NCBI GenBank assembly: GCA_964648855.1
Contig: CAZYLT010000001.1
Span: 300,001 to 332,000, forward strand
Origin: an uncultured archaeon
GTDB lineage: Archaea > Asgardarchaeota > Thorarchaeia > Thorarchaeales > Thorarchaeaceae
DNA length: 32,000 nt
Direction of reading: 5' to 3'
Shown: piece after piece, positions 1 through 10,100 of the stretch
Numbering within the stretch: position 1 is the stretch's first letter
Layout: every line of letters starts with the position of its first letter
Position numbers and translations under genes: made by a program
Notes under the pieces: model-generated
Told to the model about the DNA's origin: nothing
Seen by the model: only the letters and a program-made list of their open reading frames with translations
Database searches by the model: none

Positions 1-3000
1 TACGTAAGGGGGGACACAACAGCAGCAAGTGCAGCAATTGTAGCAGGATCTGCAGCGCTGTTAATGGAGGCATTCGATAGAGCAACTCCAATAGTTATTG
101 GAAATACTTTGCGTGATACAGCAACACCTTTGAAATATGGTGCCAATGACGCTGGCGCGGGGCTGCTCAATCTTCCAGCAGCCTTTGATGAGTTAAGCAG
201 AAACCAGAAACCAATTTCGCTGCACAATAGAACAACGGGAGTGCCCCTTCTAGCCTTTGGCCTTCTGACAACTTCAGGGCTGGATGCAGAAACAACGCTA
301 TTGATGAGTAGTTTTGGAACCAGTGTTGTAGCTCTAGACGAGAGAGATAACCAAGAGAGCTCTATTCACTTATTGATGGGAATGTTCTCAATAAAATGGA
401 ATGACCTTGAGCCAATGAACCTGATGAATTTCAACGTAAAGAGAGAGTTACATCAAGTTGCTATAGAGTCGGAGCAGAGCAACTACAATAGATGGATAGG
501 TGTTCTTTCTTACAATGAACAGGTCTATTTGACCTTACTAGTGGAATCGTATAATTTGACTCTCTTCGAGGACACCCCAATTACAGCCTTCAAGATTACC
601 CCCCATATCTTGAATCTTGGTATGAACCCTATTTACAACGTGAGTCTTTATCTTGATTGCTCGCTTGATCTGTTTCTGGACGGCCGTGATGATTATGGAA
701 GGTACGCTCTGGGAAATCAACAGCTATTTGCATATGGAATTTCAGAGGATAATCGCAATTTCTACTTTGGTATGAACTCCAGCAAGCCGCTCTCCGCTTT
801 TGAAGTTGGCAACTCTTCAGAAGTGTCTGACCATGTGTCATCAGACAACCTCACGGGAAATACACAATTCTATGGGGAAGTCGGCCTTGGCATGAAGTGG
901 GACTTTGGTACATTGGACCTAAATGAATTGGCTAATGTGACAGTTTCGCTTGGATTCGGTGCAAATCGAACCACACTTGATGCATCAATCAGGAGAATGT
1001 GGGAACTTGAGCCATCAGCCACATTCTCACAGCGTGGAGACCTCCTTGTCGTTGAAGCAGACATTCCCCGAACAGCTCAATCCGGCCAGAATTATCAATC
1101 ACGTGCTGTCATTATGAACATCGGGGTAGAGAGTAGTGAGGCAGTGGCAATTCTAGCTATTGCGAATGGCTCACAGCAAGAAGGGGCAGCCTTTACACGA
1201 TATTTTTCATTTGATGAAATCGAACCTTTTAATGCTAGAGTCATAACGACCGAATGGAGCCCTGAAGAAAAAGGAATACACACGGCTGCGTGGGCGGTGG
1301 CAACTGGATTCGAATTTGCATTGCAACTTGTTGCAAGTCCTGCCGAGACGCTTTCAACAAGTGGAGTGAGTCTCTTGGACGACTTTCTTCTAAGAGACCT
1401 CTTTGTGATAACGCCGATTCAGTCAACATCGATTTTTCCAAAAGAAGTGCCATCTGGACCATTTGATTTGCGTTTTCCAATAGACTTCGGACTCTATTAC
1501 TTCAGTCTGTCAACAACCGTGAGTTTGGGAAATCTAACAGTAGAGAAATTTGGCAATGCTGCTGATTGGGGAAACATCACGCTCCCAGCATCTGAGAATG
1601 TGGATGGATTTTACAACTTCTCCCTATTCACCTTAGTACCGCCAATCACAGTTGACGGATATCACAGATGTGACTACGTAGTAAATTCCGAATTTGGATG
1701 GACAATGAATCTCACTTTGGAGAGTGATTTGGAATATCCTCGCGCAATGATGCTGCTTGATACATCTCATGGAGGTGGCTTTAGTGCGTTTGGCGATTTC
1801 GGAGGCGGTATGTCTATAGATATTGGAGGCGACGGGGGAGGAGGGTTGCCAAGTTTCGCCCTAGCGCAGGAAACGGAGCAAGAGGAAGGGCTGGACTTCG
1901 AATTTGGGATAGGAGATATTGATTCGATAGGTTCCCTGACAGATATGCTGGAGGACTTTAGACTCACCACGTTCTCAGGCTTATCTAATATGAAGAGGCA
2001 GATGTCGGAACGCGGTCTGAATCTCATCGAAACGCCAGGAATAGAACTGGACAGCACACTTCTTTCTCAATTCTCTTCTATCTTCATGTTTCAGCCATCG
2101 GAAGGCTTCAACAGCACCGATGTGAGTATGCTTAGAAACTATTCCGCCAGCTATGGTAGACTGATATTGTTCGGGGATTCCGATGATAGAGCGAATCTCA
2201 CAGGAATAAACCAACTGCTACAACCGTACGGTTACCGAATGCAAGGGGAACACCAAACAGAAAATACAACCGAGATATATCAGAATTCCATTCTTGGAGA
2301 AGGAATGACCTGTATGTGGCTTGGCGGCGGAACTTTCATTGAAAACAATCAATCACGCGCCCAAGTAGGCTTAAACGGAAGGCCTGTTGTTCTCCTAGAC
2401 CACACACGCCCAGAACTGGCACTCTTTGGATCGTCACGCATATTCATGAACAAACATCTCGTGAAATGCAATAATAGCATTCTATTGGAAAACCTCATAG
2501 AGTATCTATTGAGAGATACGCTAACAACCGAAACAAGCCTCTCAGGGGATACGAACCGATTCCCTGTTGGAAAAAGCGTCTATCTGAATCTCAAGGTGTG
2601 GGATTATTATGGCGACCCTGTTGACGATCTCACTGTGGCAATCGCATTCGAATTGCCAAACGGTAATTTTTCCTATTTCATTGCCGGCTTTGTTGAGGAT
2701 GGACTTTACTCATCTCAATTTCTGCCGGCGTATTGGGATTCGAATGGAACCATTCACGGAATATTCATAGTCTTGAGGGAGAAATATGCTGGTACTTATG
2801 CCAGTGTGACATTTGAACTGTATGCGCCCCCGCGTACAAATGGCACAACGAATGGTGAGCCTCTCTTCACTTTAGTCCAAGTTGCATATATCACATCCAT
2901 TAGCATTTTTGGAGTTGTTTTGGTCGGCCTGGCGTGGAACAAGTACCGAAGAGGAGTGCGTCTTAGAATACCGGAGATAGATACTGAATTGGGTCAGGAT

Positions 3001-3174
3001 ATTGACAATACATTGAACATGTTGCTTGCTGTCTTTACACAAATGGAGGATGTGATTCAACGGGACGACTTGGACCGGATTCAGAAGGTCGAGGCGTTGC
3101 GGAGTCTGATGGTAAGCATGGAGAAGGCTCAAGAAGAGTACGAAGATGTTAGCGATAGAGTAGGAGGCGTATAG
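1..3174 (+). CDS. Membrane-anchored subtilase (S8)-like protein, probably inactive, with Ig/CARDB-like and GIFT (IFT52/GldG/S1P-type) domains; 5'-truncated by the window edge
   Basis: Frame 1 is open from base 1 and reads YVRGDTTAASAAIVAGSAALLMEAF...LRDTA...GAGLLN, matching the C-terminal S8 helix motif. Ig-like segment at about 1036-1290. GIFT-like segment LLDTSH...FSGLSNMKRQM...LILFGD...GINQLLQPYG at about 1741-2520. TM helix at about 2863-2937, followed by a helical tail. Many N-x-S/T sequons. Confidence 0.8.
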   Translation, partial: YVRGDTTAASAAIVAGSAALLMEAFDRATPIVIGNTLRDTATPLKYGANDAGAGLLNLPAAFDELSRNQKPISLHNRTTGVPLLAFGLLTTSGLDAETTLLMSSFGTSVVALDERDNQESSIHLLMGMFSIKWNDLEPMNLMNFNVKRELHQVAIESEQSNYNRWIGVLSYNEQVYLTLLVESYNLTLFEDTPITAFKITPHILNLGMNPIYNVSLYLDCSLDLFLDGRDDYGRYALGNQQLFAYGISEDNRNFYFGMNSSKPLSAFEVGNSSEVSDHVSSDNLTGNTQFYGEVGLGMKWDFGTLDLNELANVTVSLGFGANRTTLDASIRRMWELEPSATFSQRGDLLVVEADIPRTAQSGQNYQSRAVIMNIGVESSEAVAILAIANGSQQEGAAFTRYFSFDEIEPFNARVITTEWSPEEKGIHTAAWAVATGFEFALQLVASPAETLSTSGVSLLDDFLLRDLFVITPIQSTSIFPKEVPSGPFDLRFPIDFGLYYFSLSTTVSLGNLTVEKFGNAADWGNITLPASENVDGFYNFSLFTLVPPITVDGYHRCDYVVNSEFGWTMNLTLESDLEYPRAMMLLDTSHGGGFSAFGDFGGGMSIDIGGDGGGGLPSFALAQETEQEEGLDFEFGIGDIDSIGSLTDMLEDFRLTTFSGLSNMKRQMSERGLNLIETPGIELDSTLLSQFSSIFMFQPSEGFNSTDVSMLRNYSASYGRLILFGDSDDRANLTGINQLLQPYGYRMQGEHQTENTTEIYQNSILGEGMTCMWLGGGTFIENNQSRAQVGLNGRPVVLLDHTRPELALFGSSRIFMNKHLVKCNNSILLENLIEYLLRDTLTTETSLSGDTNRFPVGKSVYLNLKVWDYYGDPVDDLTVAIAFELPNGNFSYFIAGFVEDGLYSSQFLPAYWDSNGTIHGIFIVLREKYAGTYASVTFELYAPPRTNGTTNGEPLFTLVQVAYITSISIFGVVLVGLAWNKYRRGVRLRIPEIDTELGQDIDNTLNMLLAVFTQMEDVIQRDDLDRIQKVEALRSLMVSMEKAQEEYEDVSDRVGGV

Positions 3175-3175
3175 A

Positions 3176-4156
3176 CTGACCAAGAAGATAGAGAAAGAGA
3201 TAGTCGTCGAGGACCTCAAGGTTGCCTTTGGTGACTTCTATGCGTTGAAGGGGGTCTCATTCTTCGCCAATAAAGGGGAATTCTTGGGTATCATCGGAGC
3301 CTCTGGAGCTGGAAAGACTACCGTCCTAAGAGTGCTAACGGGACAACTCAGCCCAACTGATGGGATGGCGTTCGTGGGAGGTATGGATGTCACAAAGAAA
3401 AGAGACCTCATCAGTCTGCTTGTAGGATATGTGCCCCAACTTGAGCATATCAGCCTCTATTACGACTTCTCAGCTCTTGAGAATGCCCAATTCTTTGGAA
3501 GACTATTTGGCATGAGGCCAAAGGAGATAGAGCAGCGAGCAAGACAGGTGCTCACTATTCTTGGTTTTGATGAAGAGCTGATGACCAAGGATGTCAACAA
3601 ATTGTCTGGGGGAGAACGAAAGAGGGTTTCTATCAGTTTGGGGATGATTCACGATCCTCCGGTTCTACTTCTAGATGAACCTACGACCGGATTGGATGCC
3701 CACCTCAGACATGAAACACTAAACTACCTGAAGGAACTGAACTTCGAGCTTGGAACCACTCAGGTTATTATATCGCATGACTTGGAGATTGTGGATTACT
3801 GTAGTCGAATCGTGTTGCTTGAGGACGGATATGTGAGCCAGTTCGGCACGCCCGAAGAACTCATCTCCACCCTTCCGGGACAGGGAGAGAGCCTCAAGGT
3901 TGTTCTTCCGAGTATGTCCCGACCAGTCTTAGAAAAACTCAGCCAAATTGAGGGTGTAGAATACATGGCCCGGTCAGGCAGAAATGCCCTCAAACTGTTT
4001 ATTGATAAACCCTCAGAAAAGATGTTTCCTGTTGTACAGAATCTCAACGAATTAGAATTACCGTATGAAGAGATCAGCATCGTGGAGGCCGATTTCTTTG
4101 ATTATTTCCAAGTAAAGCCCTGGAAAGAAAAGGGCAAAGGAGTGGTTGTACCATGA
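3176..4156 (+). CDS. ABC transporter ATP-binding protein (DrrA/GldA-like, with C-terminal extension)
   Basis: Walker A GASGAGKTT, Q-loop YVPQ, signature LSGGERKR, Walker B LLLDEPTTGLD and H-loop ISHD. The N-terminal strands IVVEDLKVAFGDFYALKGVSF lie upstream of the ORF-track start (3245), so the start is placed at CTG 3176 behind SD GGAGG. Confidence 0.92.
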   Translation: MTKKIEKEIVVEDLKVAFGDFYALKGVSFFANKGEFLGIIGASGAGKTTVLRVLTGQLSPTDGMAFVGGMDVTKKRDLISLLVGYVPQLEHISLYYDFSALENAQFFGRLFGMRPKEIEQRARQVLTILGFDEELMTKDVNKLSGGERKRVSISLGMIHDPPVLLLDEPTTGLDAHLRHETLNYLKELNFELGTTQVIISHDLEIVDYCSRIVLLEDGYVSQFGTPEELISTLPGQGESLKVVLPSMSRPVLEKLSQIEGVEYMARSGRNALKLFIDKPSEKMFPVVQNLNELELPYEEISIVEADFFDYFQVKPWKEKGKGVVVP

Positions 4157-7100
4157 AAACTTACCAGATTGCGTTGGCAATTGTGTTATTCTGTGTGATT
4201 GTAGGGCTGCAGAACACCGCGGTTAATCCATCAGTCCAAGGAGAGGTATTTTCTATTGAGGAGCCCTCAATGCAGGTATCTCAATTATCTCCTTACGAGA
4301 CCGCACTGGTATGGTCTAACACTATAGATGGTACCGTTGTTGACCTTGTCATTGGTAACTTTGATGGCGATGCTAATGCAGAGGTAGCGATAATCACTCA
4401 GAATGGAACGCTATACATTCTTGATTCCGATGGTACTGAGATTGCTCAAGTCACAATCAATGGGGTACCGAGTTCCCTTGACACACTCGCAGCCGATGGG
4501 GATGCCATCGATGAAATTGTCATAGGGGCAGGTAGCAGAATTGTGATATTAGCAGCAAACCAAACTATAGTAGCCAATGTGACACTACCTTCCTCTGTTG
4601 AAGTAGCGACATCCGCTGACCTGGACGGAAATGGAGTAGATGAAGTGATTGGGGGAAGCAGCGGAGGACGGGTCTATGCCTATGCGGTTAATTCGTCCCA
4701 AGTCTGGAATTATACTTCAAGTGGTTCAATAGAGGTGCTGCACACTGGGGATATAGACCTAGATGGCAATAAGGAAGTGCTCTTTGGAAGCAGCCTCGGT
4801 ACAATGGCGATGTTGAATGAGAGTGGTGGGCTTATCTTTTCAAAGACAGCTTCGTCAGCGATAGAAGTCGCCTTGCTGGCTGACACAACTGACACAGCAG
4901 AGTTGGAAGTGCTCTACGGAGACGCATCTGGCAATGTCCGCGAGTTCTGGAGAAATGGTAGCCTCAGAAAGTCACTGACACTAAATGACGCAATCGCCTC
5001 CCTAGAAGTGGGCGACCTCCTTTCGGGTGGTGTGAGAGAGGTTGCAGTTGGTACCACTGGAAACGAACTGCGTGTCTATAACTCGTCGTATCATTTGCAG
5101 TGGAACAAGACGCTGGTAAATACAGTGTCTGCCATCCTATTCTCTGACATTGGGGGTCTTCCCAGTGACCAGTTGGTGGCAGGCGTAGATGGTGGTTCCA
5201 TCCAAATTTACAACGCGACGGGACGGTCTATCTCTCAGACGGATATCACTGGCTTTTCAGGTGTCATAGGCGACGGCGACTTAGACAACAACGGTAGAAT
5301 GGAGTTCATCGTGGGAACTGATGCTGCTGAAGTTGCAGCCTATGGAAAGGACCAAGATAAAGATGGCCTCGCTGACGCAAGAGAAACCCTGATTGAGGGG
5401 ACAGACCCTGCGAAGGCAGATACTGATGGTGATCGACTGAATGACGGAGAAGAGGTCCTGGAATATGGGACGAATCCGCTCTCCACGGATTCTGACTCAG
5501 ATAAGCTATCAGATTTCGACGAGGTAATCACACATGAAACCGACCCAAATGATGTCGATTCAGATGGAGATTCCCTGACGGATTGGCAAGAGGTCTATCT
5601 TGGAACTGATCCAAATCAAGCTGACACAGATGGAGATTCACTAACGGATTTCGAGGAGAACAATGTCACTCTCACTGACCCGAACATAGCCGATTCAGAT
5701 GGCGATGGAATAAACGATGCTCAGGATGATAATGATGGAGATGGCTTGACAAATTTCCAAGAAGTAAGAATCACCTTGACAGATCCCAATGATGTTGATT
5801 CCGATGGAGATGGAACCACCGACTATTACGATGATGAGGACGGCGATAATCTTGCAAATTGGAAGGAAATCCAGGTAGGCTCCGATGTGCATAATCCAGA
5901 TACGGATGGAGATGGTTTGCAGGATGGACCTGAAGTCAAGGTCTACAAAACATCGCCTCTTCAGGAAGACACCGATGGAGACCAGTTAACAGATTACGAG
6001 GAAGTTGTTGTTGTTGGTTCGGATCCAACAAAAATCGATTCCGATTCAGATGGTTTGGATGACTACGAAGAATACTACACATACGGAACGAATGCAACCA
6101 ACTCCGATACAGATTCTGATGGCCTCGAAGACGGTGCTGAAATAAATACCTACAACACTAATGCGACCAATCCTGATTCGGACGGCGACGGAATCCTTGA
6201 TGGCCAGGAGATCAATGTATACGACACCGACCCGAATTCAAATGACACAGATTTGGATGGATTGTCCGATTTTGACGAGATTAGTATCTACAATACCGAT
6301 CCTACATTGACGGATACAGATGGCGATTCCATAGATGACGGAAAGGAGATTCTGACGTACGGAACAAACGCCACCCTTGTTGACACAGATGGAGATGGAA
6401 TTGATGACCCAGATGAGATAAAATATCTCTCAGAGGGCTTCAATGCCACCAATCCAAATACCTTCGATACGGTCATCAATGACTATGATTGCGATGTCGA
6501 TGGCGATTTTCTGACAAATGGCGATGAGATATACTTCACACGAACTCACCCCAATCGTACAGACTCCGATGGTGATTCAGTCACCGATAATCTAGAAGAC
6601 TCCGATTTAGATGGCATCAGTAATTATGATGAGTTGTATATCACTAATACGCATCCAAGAATGCCCGATACAGATGGAGATGGCCTGAAAGATGGAGATG
6701 AGTACAATATACTGGGCACCGACCCCAATGACAAAGATAGCAACGACAACTCCGTTAGTGACTACGATGAGGATTTGGATGGAGACGGTCTCTCGAATGG
6801 AATTGAGCTCTATGTAACATTCACACTTGCTAATGACACTGATACCAACGATAATGGAATCTCTGACTACTATGATGATGAAGATGGAGACCAGCTTCCA
6901 AATTGGTTTGAGGTGGAGATGGCCGGAACAGACCCAATCTCTGATGACTCTGACGACGACGGAGTCTTTGATTGGGAAGAGGACCCGGATGGAGACGAGT
7001 TAAACAATCTTGAGGAACTCAATGCAGCTACTGACCCTTTAGTATCAGATTCGGATGGTGATGGGTTATCCGATGCTGAAGAGGTAAATCTAACACTGAC

Positions 7101-10100
7101 TGACCCGAATCATGAGGATTCAGATGATGACGGTATCTTAGACGCTGACGATGATGAGGACAATGATGGGCTTTCTAATGTTGATGAGATAAGAGAATAT
7201 GGAACTGATCCTCTGCTACGTGACACCGATGGAGACATGCTAAGAGACGGACTGGAGATTCAGATTGGCCTAAATGCAACGAATCCGGATACAGATGGCG
7301 ACGGCCTCTATGATGGATTTTATGATGAAAACGACAATAGTCAATACGATGATGGTGAACTAGGCGAGGATATTGACCTGGATGGTGTAGTAGACCAGTA
7401 TGAAACCGATCCAAATAATTCCGATACCGATGGTGACGGCCTCAATGATGGCGATGAGCGTGCAGCGGGGTCAAACCCATTCAAAACAGATACGGATGGG
7501 GATACTTTGCAGGATGGAGATGAGGTTCATGAATATGGTACCTCACCCCTATTGAGAGATACAGATGGGGACAATCTCAGCGATTTCGTGGAGGTGAATG
7601 TCACCTTTACTGATCCTCTCAACAAGTGGTATAATGCAACTCACACTCATTACGATATTGATTCAGATAATGATGGCCTGATTAATGGTGATGAGGTGGA
7701 TATTTACAACACCTCGCCTGGTGATGCAGACAGCGATGACGACAATATATTCGATGGACTTGAGGTTAACACGTATGGAACTAACCCATTGAAAGCGGAC
7801 TCTGATGGAGATCAGCTTGATGACTACGAAGAATTAATGATTTACGGCACTGATCCTTTGGTGATGGATACAGATGGCGATCGCCTCTATGATGGGTTTG
7901 AAGTTAATCGAATAGGAACGGACCCAACCCTAGTTGACTCCGATGGAAATAGTGTCAGCGACTACGACGAAGACTTCGATGATGATGGACTCTCAAACGG
8001 GCTTGAGATATACGGTTATAATTCCAATGCAACGAATCCAGACACAGATGGAGACGGCCTAAATGATGGAATTGAGGTCTATGGTGCAGGAAGCTCACCA
8101 ACTGACCAAGACAGTGACGATGATGGAATTTCAGACTACGATGAGTACATGGTGTATGGTACAAATCCCACGGAGACGGATTCCGATGCAGATGGCCTCT
8201 CCGATTATTATGAAGTATACACCTCTTTGACTGTGCCCACTAATTGGGATACAGATGGGGATGGGCTATCAGATGCGGACGAAATCAATGAGTATGGTAC
8301 TGACCCAAATCGCGCAGATACGGATGGGGACAAAATAGGAGACAAGAAAGAGCTGGAACTTGGTACTGACCCAAATCTAAATGATACTGACGGTGATGGG
8401 CTATCCGACTATGCCGAATGGAAAATTCATGACACTGATCCACTTACAGCTGATGGTGATGAAGATGGGCTAAATGACAAAGAAGAGCTGGAAATAGGAA
8501 CAGACCCAAAGAACCCGGATTCCGATTTTGATGGTCTGGAAGATGGAGCGGAAGTGAATAAGTACGGTACAGACCCACTCGATGAAGATTCAGACAATGA
8601 TAATCTTGCCGACAATGACGAAATATGGAATAGTCATACCGATCCCAACAAAGCTGATTCTGATGGTGATGGAATTCCCGATGACCAAGACGATGAAGAT
8701 GGAGATGGCCTGAGCAACTTTGATGAGATTTACAAATATGAAACCAATTGCACCCTCATAGATACAGATGGTGACGGACTCTCAGACCCCGATGAGCTTT
8801 TCACATACGCCACAAATCCCAACGAAGTCGACTCTGATGGCGACGGATTAGACGATTGGGACGAACTCATGTATTATTCTAGTGATCCAAATTCCAAAGA
8901 CACTGACCGAGATGGTTTAACTGATTTCGAAGAGGCACGGACCTTCTACACATTACTGAACAATAGTGACACGGATTCGGATTCCCTCTCGGATTACGAT
9001 GAGGTGAAGGTCTTTGAAACAGATCCCCTTCAGGCTGATACCGATTCTGACAACCTGACTGATGGAGAAGAAATCAACATCTACAACACGGACCCCTTGA
9101 AGGATGATACAGATGGCGATAGGCTACTTGACTCTCAGGAGATTACAATTGGCACTAATCCGAGGAAAAAAGATACTGATGGAGACTCCCTAACAGATTT
9201 CCAAGAGAATAATCTCACAATGACCAACCCTCTGCTTTTCAGTACTCGGGGAAATGGGATTTCTGATGCGGAATGGGATATTGATGATGACAAACTGACA
9301 AATCTGCAGGAGATATCTCTTACAAAGACAGACCCGCGAAATAATGACACTGATGGTGATGGGATATTGGATGGGGATGATGATGAGGATAGAGACTTGT
9401 TAACAAACTATGAAGAGTGTGTATTGACCAAGACAGACCCCAGATCCAAAGATACCGATGATGATGGCATTTCCGATTATAATGACGATGAGGATGGAGA
9501 CGGCCTAACAAACCATGAGGAAGTCCATGTCTATGCCACCAATCCGCTGAAATCAGATACCGACGGAGACAGCTTGGATGATAGAGAGGAGGTAGAGGAG
9601 TATCAGACGGACCCCAATTCAGAGGACAGTGATTTAGACGGCTTGGATGACGGTGTAGAAGTGAATGATTATGGTTCAAATCCGTTGAGCAACGATACAG
9701 ATGCTGATCTACTGAACGACTACGAAGAGGTATTCCTCACGGATACGGACCCAACCACCAACATGACCTACAATGGTATCTTAGACTCAGAATACGACAC
9801 TGATAATGACGGACTTGGGAATCTTGAGGAACTCCGCGAGTATGGCACGCATCCAAATGATCCGGATTCGGATAATGATGATTTGATTGATGGTGTCGAG
9901 GTTGACCTTGGAACGGACCCTTTGGATAACGACACAGACTCCGATTTGTTGCTAGACGGAGAAGAGGTCTATCTGTACAGTACTTCGCCATTGCTGAATG
10001 ATACGGACGGAGATTTGTTATCTGACTCAGAAGAGATAGGCGTGTTCCTAACGAACGCCACAAATCCTGATAGTGACGGGGATCGCTTAGACGACTATCA

